From a virus (lineage: Duplodnaviria; Caudoviricetes), in IMG/VR virus record IMGVR_UViG_3300037047_000246: a stretch of DNA of 64,000 nucleotides, one strand, 5' to 3'. Within the stretch, counting starts at the first letter, position 1. Every line of letters starts with the position of its first letter. Under the pieces are notes generated by a model, which was not told the DNA's origin, did no database searches, and saw only the letters and a list, made by a program, of their open reading frames with translations. This document shows positions 52,539-61,095 of this stretch, in pieces. A program made the translations under genes and the position numbers.

Positions 52539-53876
52539 TCAAACCATGTCAGCCGTGATTTCAGATACTCCTGCGGCCACGCCGTCTTCTTCAACCTCAC
52601 CATCTTCGTTTACGGACACGCCGTCTGCATTCACAACTTCGCCGCCATCGTCCGACTCGTAGTCTTCGTCGTCCCCTTCGCGCTTAGTGACTGCGTCCTC
52701 GGCCAGCTGCGCTAGCTGTTCGTCGTCCAGCACCTTAAAGCCTTGCAAGATGTTCTCGACGCATCCGTTGACCAACTCGTCGGTCAACTTGAGCTTGGTC
52801 ATTTCCATCCGGAAACGCTCAATTCCGACCACCTCGACCTTTTGGCCGCCGGCAGACGAGTACGAGTAGGTCTCTTGCCTCTTGGCGTTCTTGCCGATCT
52901 TGATGAGCTTATATGCCTGCGCAACGTTCAACATGGTGCGCAGCTCGTCGATGCCGACGCCGTACCGGATTGTGATGAGCCCAGCATGACCCTGGGTCGC
53001 ATCGATCTTGTTTTTGATCATCTTGACTTCGATGTCGGTCGAAATCTGCACATCTTCCATGCTGCGCGTCAGCGGGTTCCACAACTTGGCTTTAGCTGAC
53101 ATGCGCGGCTTCAGCATCATGCGCACGCTTGCCCAGAATTTCAGGGCGTTGCCGCCGGTCGTGGACTTGAGGGCTTCCTCGCTCTTGGCAAATTTGGACA
53201 CGCCAATCTTGTCTCTGGTCTGATTCAGAAACATGCAGTGCGTGCCCGTCCTGGCAATGATGCTCTGGAGTTTGGGCATCCACTGAGACATCAGGCGAGG
53301 AATTTCCGCCACGCCCATCTTCTCGTCTTCATTGGACGTGTCTCGCTTGATTTCGCGACTGGACACCAGACCAGCCACGGAGTCTATGACGATGAAGTCC
53401 ACGCCCTGCAAACAAGCGTTCATCACCAGGGCCTCAGTCTCCTCGAACGTGTGCGGCTGGACCCGGATGGCGCGGCCCTCACCGCCAACTTCTGGCGGTC
53501 GGAAATCTACGCCTAACTTCATGGCATAGTGGTCCTGCACTGCGCATTCGAGATCGACGTACAAGCCGCAGCCGTCTTCTCCTCCCCGACGGAGAGCATG
53601 TGCCATGGCTGTCATGGCGATGGTGGACTTGCCTGAGCTCTCGCGACCAAATACCTCAGAAATCTTGCCTCGGGGCCATCCAGGGCACACAAAGGTGCCG
53701 TCCGGCAATCTGGTTCCGCCAATCAGCAAGTTCAGGATGGTGCTGCCGGTCGGCGTGTAGTCCTGCTGAAACTTCGGCGTGACGAACACCCCCCTGATAT
53801 TTGTCCGCTTTTCGATGGACTCGGTGAATTTCTTGAGCTTGGGATGAAGTTTGACTGCGGCTGCCGATTTCGCCAT
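52539..53876 (-). CDS. recA: RecA recombinase
   Basis: PTGS..LN, PRGKISEVFGRESSGKST, VIDSVAGL, FLNQTRDKIG, TTGGNALKFWAS. Confidence 0.97.
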   Translation of the reverse strand: MAKSAAAVKLHPKLKKFTESIEKRTNIRGVFVTPKFQQDYTPTGSTILNLLIGGTRLPDGTFVCPGWPRGKISEVFGRESSGKSTIAMTAMAHALRRGGEDGCGLYVDLECAVQDHYAMKLGVDFRPPEVGGEGRAIRVQPHTFEETEALVMNACLQGVDFIVIDSVAGLVSSREIKRDTSNEDEKMGVAEIPRLMSQWMPKLQSIIARTGTHCMFLNQTRDKIGVSKFAKSEEALKSTTGGNALKFWASVRMMLKPRMSAKAKLWNPLTRSMEDVQISTDIEVKMIKNKIDATQGHAGLITIRYGVGIDELRTMLNVAQAYKLIKIGKNAKRQETYSYSSAGGQKVEVVGIERFRMEMTKLKLTDELVNGCVENILQGFKVLDDEQLAQLAEDAVTKREGDDEDYESDDGGEVVNADGVSVNEDGEVEEDGVAAGVSEITADMV

Positions 53877-53905
53877 AATGCCTCCAGGTGTTATAATACA
53901 CTCGT

Positions 53906-54628
53906 TCAGCCTTCAAGCGTCTTGGCCTGGTCGGCCTCCAGCCACCTGACGAGCATCGAGTTGATGTCGGATTTGGTCGGCAAATCCACCGACCCCTCGG
54001 GAACCCGCGAAAACTCGAAGAACCTGGAGTTTTCGCGGAACACGTGAGCCGTCTTGCGCAGCGACAGAGACCCGTCCGAGCGCTTGCGCTTCTTGGTTCG
54101 AGTCAGAAATGCTGATCGCTCATTGTCGGACAGGTCTTCGGGAGCCAGCATGCCTGCTCGGACTTCCATGAATCGGGCGGCGAACCGGGCGATGCAGTAC
54201 GCGTCCGCCTCGTTATTGTCTATGGTGCCGGACGACATGGTGTCGAGCTGCACGAATCGCTGCATATCCGACTTGGCGAATGTAGACTTGCCCACCATGT
54301 ATTTGACTGTGGTCGGATCGAACAGCACGCAGTCGCGGCGCCGAGCGAATATGGCCTCCAGCGAAAACATCATCAGCCCGAAGTGATTCTCGCTGAAGGG
54401 GCCACCCCCGAACGCCGGCGATTCTATCCCGACCGCCCGGACCTCGTAGCGGCGCAGCAGATCTGCCACCAGCGACCGGAAATGCATGAATCGGGCGACC
54501 GGCACGGTGAGCGGCAAAGTGCCCTCATGGCCTGACGCGACCCGGCGCAAGCGCGGGTCTTTCGCCTGGCTGTCGTATACGCACCATCCGTAGGCTTTTA
54601 GTGATGGGTCAAGACCGAGTGTTAGCAT
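53906..54628 (-). CDS. ruvC: RuvC-like Holliday junction resolvase
   Basis: LGLDPS..AYGW, VGIESP, VKY, DNNEADA. Confidence 0.85.
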   Translation of the reverse strand: MLTLGLDPSLKAYGWCVYDSQAKDPRLRRVASGHEGTLPLTVPVARFMHFRSLVADLLRRYEVRAVGIESPAFGGGPFSENHFGLMMFSLEAIFARRRDCVLFDPTTVKYMVGKSTFAKSDMQRFVQLDTMSSGTIDNNEADAYCIARFAARFMEVRAGMLAPEDLSDNERSAFLTRTKKRKRSDGSLSLRKTAHVFRENSRFFEFSRVPEGSVDLPTKSDINSMLVRWLEADQAKTLEG

Positions 54629-54632
54629 GTAA
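54628..54632 (+). promoter_or_regulatory. TGTAA box at the left edge of the nuclease-2 cassette
   Basis: 14 nt before the ATG at 54647; overlaps the first base of the ruvC start codon. Confidence 0.4.
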
Positions 54633-54646
54633 TGTCTGAGGTGACC

Positions 54647-56410
54647 ATGATGATGACACTAGTCCGCGGGGTTCGATATGGCAGTCTAGAATACATCGGT
54701 GACACAGTCACCATCGGCGAGCGTAGCGCCAAAAAACTAACATTCGCGTGCGACTGCGGGCAACGCACGGAGGTAATGCTGCGCAATGTCGTGCTTGGCA
54801 AAAGCAAATCGTGCGGAAGATGCACAGCGCGGCTCATCAAAACGGGAGACGTGTTTGGTGATCTTACATGGGTGGGTTCCGATGCCTACGTCCAACCGGA
54901 AAGCCAAAAGCAACATCCTTTCCAGTGCAAGTGCGGTCGAGTTAAAAGCATGCGCTTGTTCACGGTCCTGAGGGGGCGGGCCAAAACCTGCGGATTATGC
55001 AACTCGATGGTATTGGCCACAGGCGACAGAGTCCACAGCTTCGAGTATGTCGGGCCTACGGTTGAAATACATGCCGGGTCCAACAAGAGACTCTCGTTCC
55101 AATGCAGCTGCGGGCACACGACGTTCCGTCGCTTTAAGAGCATACGAGCCGAGTCCACATGTGGGCACTGTCGAGACGTGTCGTTGAGTCCAGGCGATCC
55201 ATACAAAAACTTCGTGTATGCAGGCACGCACCCCGTGATCGTCGGGATGTGTAGCAAGAAGAAACTCTTGTTTCAATGCAAATGTGGCAATACCAAGGCA
55301 ATCAGTGTCAATCTAATCACCAGTGGTGATGTTGTGTCGTGCACTGAATGCTATGCGAGGGTCCGCACTGCGTACGCACAGCATCTGGACATGCTTCGCT
55401 CGATAAAATGCCCGATTGACCAGGATGGATTCCCCGAGGGCCTCCCAAGACCTTTGGAAGCCATCAGGAACGTCACAGACTCGTTCGCAATGCCCTGCCC
55501 CGCGTGCGGTCGGATTTACCGACCAAGGCTCAACGACCTGAAACGTCTGAAGTGTTTGACATGCGGATGCACAAATAACGTAGTATCAGGTCAGAATCTA
55601 CAACTGGCGGAGTTCATCCGCGGTCTCGGCTTCACACCCATACAAGAACATCCGATTGGCGGGAAGGTTTTTGACCTATATGTGCCAGAGGCTAGCCTTC
55701 TGGTGGAACTTCAAGGCATCCGGTGGCACTCGAAGCCAGGCAGCGCCGAACGCGAAGGTGCCAAGTATGAGATTGCCAAAGCGTCCGGGAGCACATCGCT
55801 CTGGATATATGAAGACGAATGGAAGCACAGGCGCCGAGCCATCGAGTCGATTGTTGCGCATAAACTTGGCATAAAACCTGATTTCAGGTTGAGACCAAAG
55901 AGCTGCGACATAAGACTGGTGACCAGTAGTGAAGCCAATGCCCTGTACGACGAGTTCCATTACATAGGCCGGTGTGCGTCTCCGTTTAACATCGCTGCTT
56001 TCTATGATGGTCAGATGGTGGCCGCCATGTCATTCAGGAAGCCGTCCAGACAGAGCAAGCATAGCTATGAGATGTCTCGAATGGTCATGAGGCCCAGGTT
56101 CAGAATACACGGGATATGGTCCAAGTTTATGGCCGAATTCCGTGCAACCCACCCGCACTCAAGCATCGTGGCCTACTCGGACAACCGGCTATTTGACGGC
56201 CACACGTACCGAGCAATAGGGTTTACTTATGATGGTGACGTGAAACGCGATTATTATTGGGCGCGCGGCGGTCATCGCTATCACAAGTCAGCGTTGCGCA
56301 AATCCGCTGGCTGTGTCGTGACTGAGAACGCCCTGAGGACCTCGCAGGGGTTTGCGAAGATATGGGACCTAGGCAAAAAGAGGTGGATTCTCGCGTCAAC
56401 CCCAGCGTAA
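54647..56410 (+). CDS. Hef-like free-standing endonuclease 2: 4 Zn-ribbon repeats, Vsr/DUF559-like nuclease, GNAT-fold domain
   Basis: GAGGT RBS; CxCG...SCGxC repeats; FDL...VELQGIRWH...YEDEW; FRIHGIWSKF, YRAIGF and KIWDLGKKRW shared with copy 1. Confidence 0.78.
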   Translation: MMMTLVRGVRYGSLEYIGDTVTIGERSAKKLTFACDCGQRTEVMLRNVVLGKSKSCGRCTARLIKTGDVFGDLTWVGSDAYVQPESQKQHPFQCKCGRVKSMRLFTVLRGRAKTCGLCNSMVLATGDRVHSFEYVGPTVEIHAGSNKRLSFQCSCGHTTFRRFKSIRAESTCGHCRDVSLSPGDPYKNFVYAGTHPVIVGMCSKKKLLFQCKCGNTKAISVNLITSGDVVSCTECYARVRTAYAQHLDMLRSIKCPIDQDGFPEGLPRPLEAIRNVTDSFAMPCPACGRIYRPRLNDLKRLKCLTCGCTNNVVSGQNLQLAEFIRGLGFTPIQEHPIGGKVFDLYVPEASLLVELQGIRWHSKPGSAEREGAKYEIAKASGSTSLWIYEDEWKHRRRAIESIVAHKLGIKPDFRLRPKSCDIRLVTSSEANALYDEFHYIGRCASPFNIAAFYDGQMVAAMSFRKPSRQSKHSYEMSRMVMRPRFRIHGIWSKFMAEFRATHPHSSIVAYSDNRLFDGHTYRAIGFTYDGDVKRDYYWARGGHRYHKSALRKSAGCVVTENALRTSQGFAKIWDLGKKRWILASTPA

Positions 56411-56414
56411 GCAT
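56392..56414 (-). pseudogene. Displaced remnant of the ruvC 5' end (MLTLGL)
   Basis: ATG CTT ACG CTG GGG TTG AC versus the live ruvC ATG CTA ACA CTC GGT CTT GAC; 17 of 23 nt identical with one gap. Confidence 0.75.
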
Positions 56415-56720
56415 TTTGCCAAACTTACGGCGATGAGCCAGCTAAATAAATGCACACAGGCCACGATAGCCACGATGGCCAGAAAGCGCCACCCGCGGCC
56501 CTCGAGACTCGCCATCAACCCCAGGGCTGTCGCACGCCAGCAGCAGCGCAATAAGAATGGATGCCAACTCCCTCCTCGAGAGGGGATGACCGCTAGGCGT
56601 TCATGTCTCGTGACGCTGGCTCACCCGCTTGGCAAACTCCACCATCGTGAGCTTTGTTAGCTCAGTATAGCGGCGTCCAGATGCAGTGTGAGTTTGGCAG
56701 TAGGTGGTCCAAGCGGGAGG

Positions 56721-56748
56721 CTTGGTAGATACGAATCGAACTACCAAG
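56721..56748 (-). terminator. Hairpin downstream of the SSB gene (no U-tract)
   Basis: CTTGGTAG-12 nt-CTACCAAG. Confidence 0.3.
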
Positions 56749-56762
56749 TGAACCGATATTCG

Positions 56763-57656
56763 CTAGGTGAGAAGATCTGAATACGACGACACCAGCTTAG
56801 GCGCTTCAGCCTGGGCGCCAGACGAAATCTGAGCAGAACCGCCGCCACCGCCGCCCAACTGCTGCAGCTTCTCCATCAGCTTGTCTCGCGTCATTTCGAA
56901 GCCGAGGTTCTGCTGCACGTACTTGTAAGCGCGCAGCCCCTGATCCAGCACCCAAGCGCGGGTTTCAGGGTCGCAGTCTTCTCGAGCCCAGAACGCGGTG
57001 GAGGCCGCTTCGATTTGCTGCTTCTGGAACTTGGGATCGCCGTCCAGCGTCACGCGCAGGTCGATGACCTCCCGCTTGTCGTTGCGCGCGTCGGTGTACG
57101 CTGCCTCGAGCTTCTTGAACTTCTTGGCCGACATGGCCCACACGTAGAAATTCGTGTATTTGCGCATCTTGAGCAAATCGGCGTCGACCTGGCCCTTGTC
57201 GTCAATCGGATAGGTCATGATGATGCAGCCGACCTTCTGATCCGCATCGCCAAACTTGTTGCAGCACATTTCCGGCTGTACCATCGTCTGGCCCTCGTAC
57301 TTGCTCAGGCAACGGATGGTGCCGACCCCTTCAGAATAGTGGGTATACGCCATCGAGAACTTGGGCCTGGCGATGTCCAGGCGCTCGCCTTCGGTCAGCT
57401 TGTCCACGGCCTTGCCGAGCTTCTCTGCCAGCTTGGCGTCGATCTTTGCATTGTACTGAGACTTCTCTTCGTCAGTCAGCGGCCGCCCGGCTTCAAGCGC
57501 CTTCTTGGCGAGAATGCCGTCGTGGTGGCGCTTAAAAGACACGATGGTGACGCGGTGCTTCTCGCCGGGGCGGGTCTGCTTGAAAGTTTCGACCCCAACC
57601 ACCTTGATGACCTTGGCATCGTCGAATCCGAATTCCATCACACTTGAGTCACTCAT
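56763..57656 (-). CDS. gp32-like single-stranded DNA-binding protein
   Basis: HY...IRC...CC spacing resembles the gp32 Zn site; short tail ...SYSDLL; recombination-cluster context. Confidence 0.55.
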   Translation of the reverse strand: MSDSSVMEFGFDDAKVIKVVGVETFKQTRPGEKHRVTIVSFKRHHDGILAKKALEAGRPLTDEEKSQYNAKIDAKLAEKLGKAVDKLTEGERLDIARPKFSMAYTHYSEGVGTIRCLSKYEGQTMVQPEMCCNKFGDADQKVGCIIMTYPIDDKGQVDADLLKMRKYTNFYVWAMSAKKFKKLEAAYTDARNDKREVIDLRVTLDGDPKFQKQQIEAASTAFWAREDCDPETRAWVLDQGLRAYKYVQQNLGFEMTRDKLMEKLQQLGGGGGGSAQISSGAQAEAPKLVSSYSDLLT

Positions 57657-57718
57657 TGTCTCTACCTCTTTGTTGAACGCTTTGGACTTTTGGCCATTTG
57701 GCCGTTGATGCAGACACT

Positions 57719-57723
57719 TTACA
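57719..57723 (-). promoter_or_regulatory. TGTAA box upstream of the SSB gene
   Basis: AATTGTAAAGT, 62 nt before the ATG. Confidence 0.45.
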
Positions 57724-57740
57724 ATTGAAAGGCGCCGCTG

Positions 57741-58598
57741 CTAAACATCGTCAAACAGCATAGGCGCCACTGGCTCGACCACGTCGTCGTCGTAAGCCGG
57801 TTTGCGCACTGGCTCCTGCTGGGCGGAGTCACGTGGCCCAATAACAGCCCGATCTTTAATCTGGTCCTGAGGCGGCTTTGAGCTGAAGAAGTCAGCGATC
57901 TGCTGCGCGTGCATCTCGTCCATTGGCTCCGGCATGTCCGCCGGCCTTTTTTCCGGGTCGAGCAAGTCCTTCGGGTCTATTGCGCCCGGGGACACCGGCG
58001 GCGGCATGCCGTCAGGCACCGATCTGTCCTGTCTGGCCTGCGGCTTGCTATATCCATGCTGACCGGCCATTTGCGCATCAGCGTCGTCTCTGACTAGCTG
58101 GCGCTGAGACTTTACGTCCGCGTTAGTTCTGATCAGGTCTTGGTGCTTCAGTTTGACAATCTTGTACGTTTCTGCGGCGTCGAGCAGTTCCAAACGCAAG
58201 GCGGACAGGTTGTCATGCTCCGGTCTGAGCAGCATGGTGGCCAGCGCCTTGCGGTCTTCTATCGATGGCTGCTTGCGCACTTCCGGGTCGTCGGCCAACT
58301 TCTGAGCAAGCTTCAGTTCAAGGTCCAGCTCCATCTGGCGGGTTTCCACCGTGAGCTCCTTGACCTGCTTGCCTATGGTCTGCATGTAGTATATGACCCT
58401 ATTGAGGTATTTGCGACACAGAGCGACGCGACTGTTCAAATACCTGACCCCCAGGTCCGGCAAAGTCGGATCTTCAGCCAATTCGACTTCGAATGCCGCA
58501 ATCTCTTCAAGAATAACCGAGAACTGGTCCGCCGTATACTTCATGGGTATGCGCATCAGTGGTGGCAGAGGTTGAAACGGCCGCAGGGCTGCAGTCAC
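57741..58598 (-). CDS. Coiled-coil protein, possible UvsY-like recombination mediator
   Basis: Helical, directly upstream of the SSB gene; start may be 58544 or 58556. Confidence 0.35.
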   Translation of the reverse strand: MTAALRPFQPLPPLMRIPMKYTADQFSVILEEIAAFEVELAEDPTLPDLGVRYLNSRVALCRKYLNRVIYYMQTIGKQVKELTVETRQMELDLELKLAQKLADDPEVRKQPSIEDRKALATMLLRPEHDNLSALRLELLDAAETYKIVKLKHQDLIRTNADVKSQRQLVRDDADAQMAGQHGYSKPQARQDRSVPDGMPPPVSPGAIDPKDLLDPEKRPADMPEPMDEMHAQQIADFFSSKPPQDQIKDRAVIGPRDSAQQEPVRKPAYDDDVVEPVAPMLFDDV

Positions 58599-58807
58599 TT
58601 TGAACTTACAGCAGCAAGGGACTCTGGCGACAACCTATATCCGCCAACTGTTCGATTTGTGGAGTCCACGTCCATCCCAGTGCGCTTGTCGTATCTTGAG
58701 AACTCGGTCACGACTAGCGTTTTGGTGACCCTAACTATTTGTTCGCGGCGCCGAGGATGGGTCTTGTACAACCCATGTCCGACAGTTTCCACCCATTGGA
58801 CGCTCAT
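58595..58807 (-). CDS. Small hypothetical protein (70 aa)
   Basis: ATGA/GTGA overlaps at both ends. Confidence 0.5.
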   Translation of the reverse strand: MSVQWVETVGHGLYKTHPRRREQIVRVTKTLVVTEFSRYDKRTGMDVDSTNRTVGGYRLSPESLAAVSSK

Positions 58808-59370
58808 CCAGACGTCTCCCCGCCGGCCATAAGACTGAGCACTGCGTCGACCAGTCTTATGCGCTCTTGCATGGACGGCGTGTTGATTTGGAAATACCTC
58901 AGTCCCCACATTTCCAGCATGAATTTGACCATGGCGTCTATCCGTATGAGCTCTTCCCACTCGACTTTCTCTCGGACGCCGTCGTTGTTCATTACACTCA
59001 TGGCTGGCCTGATGAAGAAAACCGCCACATCCTTTGATCGCAGCTTTGCCACATACTCGTCCAGACAAGGGTCCTTCAGCATCTGGCGCAGCACCGTCGC
59101 ATGGCTGCACGCATAGGCAAGGTTGTCAAAACTCCTGTCGGACACGAAGTGTTCTTTGCCTCGCTCCTCCAGGAACTGTTTTTCGAGTATCTCTCTCTGA
59201 TAGGCATTGGCAACTTGCATGTCAGAGCGAAGCGCCTCTAGCGTCAGCTCTTTCTCGGCCAAAAGCAAACGAGCCACTTCTGTCAACAGAGGCAAGCCGT
59301 ACTGATGCGCAGCATACCTGGCCATTGTTGTCTTGCCGGTGCTGTGCGCCCCCACAAAATATATGCGCAT
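58804..59370 (-). CDS. P-loop nucleotide kinase-like ATPase (AAA_28/NadR-type)
   Basis: IYFVGAHSTGKTT, FVSDRS.DNLAY, NDGVR. Confidence 0.8.
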   Translation of the reverse strand: MRIYFVGAHSTGKTTMARYAAHQYGLPLLTEVARLLLAEKELTLEALRSDMQVANAYQREILEKQFLEERGKEHFVSDRSFDNLAYACSHATVLRQMLKDPCLDEYVAKLRSKDVAVFFIRPAMSVMNNDGVREKVEWEELIRIDAMVKFMLEMWGLRYFQINTPSMQERIRLVDAVLSLMAGGETSG

Positions 59371-59457
59371 GAACTTTCCAGTGCAACAAAATGGTCGCAC
59401 CGAGCGACACTAGATCAAAACAATACGCTTGCCATGTCTGGAACGAACCATGGGTGC

Positions 59458-60285
59458 TTACGCATTCATAATATCTTCGACTGTCGTGTTTTCCGGATGA
59501 CGCAGAACATGCAGCGGACCGTCATAATCCACTAGCCAGCACAGATCTGGGTGGCAAGCGACGTCTGCGAACAGCATCGGTTGACCGTCTACCACCATTT
59601 CTGCGCTCATCAGGCGCACTATTTGCGAATAGTCCACATGCTTTGTGTTGTGGGCTGTGCCGACGGTCTGCCACATGTAGCCGCCGCCAGGACTCCTGAA
59701 AGGACCGTTCTTCGGCGCAGCCGGGTTCGGCCTGGCTTTTGTGTGCCATCCGTAGTTGGCCGCCAGTCCAGGCTTGCCGGCCAACCTGTTCGTCAGCACC
59801 CAGTCTTTGCCTACGCCAGAGACCAAGCCGAGCTGCTGTCGACCCACCATCTCCAGTGTGCCAGGCTCGGGCCAGTGTTTGGTCGCCGCCAGCACGGCGT
59901 CAGTCACAGCCTGGCTGTGCCTGACCATGCGGCTGGTGTATCCCATTTTGGAGTCAGGCGTCTGGGTGCGAGGCTCAATCTGAACGCGGGACTGGGCGCG
60001 TATCAAGTCAGCTATCTTCGGCGTGATGAGCGACATTCGCAACAAATCTGCGATGCTCTGCTCGCCTCGCATCGTGGCATTGACGCGCAAGAAATCGTCC
60101 GGCTCGCCAAGCATCAAGGCGTCGGCCATGACAAACACCTTGGCCACGTGCCCTTTCCACGAGGACTCGATCTCCACCATCTTGGGCTCAATGTAGTGAC
60201 CAAGCCCGATGAAATTGATGATTTTAGCTTCCCGCTTCGAAGTAGGCTCTTCAGGAAGCTCTGCGACGATTTCGGATGCCTTCAT
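59458..60285 (-). CDS. Hypothetical protein (YGWH...HVDYSQ motifs) next to the endolysin
   Basis: 275 aa ORF downstream of the endolysin on the same strand. Confidence 0.6.
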   Translation of the reverse strand: MKASEIVAELPEEPTSKREAKIINFIGLGHYIEPKMVEIESSWKGHVAKVFVMADALMLGEPDDFLRVNATMRGEQSIADLLRMSLITPKIADLIRAQSRVQIEPRTQTPDSKMGYTSRMVRHSQAVTDAVLAATKHWPEPGTLEMVGRQQLGLVSGVGKDWVLTNRLAGKPGLAANYGWHTKARPNPAAPKNGPFRSPGGGYMWQTVGTAHNTKHVDYSQIVRLMSAEMVVDGQPMLFADVACHPDLCWLVDYDGPLHVLRHPENTTVEDIMNA

Positions 60286-60309
60286 GCTGGAAGCGGCGCC
60301 ATCACAGCT

Positions 60310-61050
60310 TCAATCTGCCACGGCCAGTTCGAAGTGCATTCCATCCGGACGCGCACCCCACGCACCTCCCCAGAAAAATCCCAGCTCCTCGGCTGCGGGC
60401 ACCAGGAGCCGCACCGAGCCTTGGGCGCCTTCTGCGGCAGGGGAGGCGCCCAGAGGATTCCATTTGGCGTTGATGTCGAAAGCAGTCGCGAACGCATGCG
60501 AGCTGAGAATGGACCGGCTGCCGCGAATATACCTGGGCGCCCAACTGCCGTCCCACGTCAGCACAAGCGGAAGCAGACCTTCAGACTCCCAGCGAGCCCA
60601 GAGTTTGGCCAGTCTGTCGGCGCCTTTGGCATGGAACGGCACAGAGCAGCTGGAAGGCGCTCCCCGGCGACCCGCAAGCTGAGGGATTTTCACATATTTC
60701 AAATTGGACTGCCACCCGTTGGTGATGCGTATGGCCTCCGGGTTGCCCGGCTGCGGGCTTGGCACATGCGTCAATGGACCAAACAGCCTCTGCTTTTCTA
60801 CATAGCTTATCGCAGACAGCTTTGTGGTGATTTCAGGCGGGTCAGGATCAAATCCTGACAACCTGGCGGCGCCGACGGTATCTCTTCCAACTACGCCGTC
60901 GTCGTTCAGTCCGGCATTTTGTTGGAACAGCTGCGTAGCTTTTTTAGTATCCGGGCAAAAGTTGCCGTCGGCTTTGTCCAGCAGACGCTGCCCAATAAGG
61001 AACAGTTGCCATCTTGTGACCTCAGGTCCGCGGCTTCCTTGCTTGATCAT
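60310..61050 (-). CDS. Endolysin: peptidoglycan-binding domain plus M15-family peptidase
   Basis: GSRGPEV..WQ..L...DG.F...T..A...FQ...GL..DGVVG; SSHAFATAFDIN and DGMHFE Zn ligands. Confidence 0.9.
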   Translation of the reverse strand: MIKQGSRGPEVTRWQLFLIGQRLLDKADGNFCPDTKKATQLFQQNAGLNDDGVVGRDTVGAARLSGFDPDPPEITTKLSAISYVEKQRLFGPLTHVPSPQPGNPEAIRITNGWQSNLKYVKIPQLAGRRGAPSSCSVPFHAKGADRLAKLWARWESEGLLPLVLTWDGSWAPRYIRGSRSILSSHAFATAFDINAKWNPLGASPAAEGAQGSVRLLVPAAEELGFFWGGAWGARPDGMHFELAVAD

Positions 61051-61095
61051 ACGAAGACAGTACTGCGCAGAGCATGTCCCCGAGCGCCGCGCCTT

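Noticed and set aside
54629-56414. Group I/II intron interrupting ruvC
   Set aside because: The downstream copy has its own complete ATG start, the ORF is antisense to ruvC, and no intron core or terminal motifs were recognised.
56721-56748. TTCGATT loop on the minus strand resembling a tRNA T-loop
   Set aside because: No 5-bp T-stem, acceptor stem or anticodon arm could be built; I saw no tRNA in the window.
59551-60858. Long antisense ORFs (435 aa here; also 35296-36216, 50250-50969-type shadows and 62016-62840)
   Set aside because: They mirror well-supported genes on the other strand or frame, as expected in GC-rich DNA, and show no motifs.
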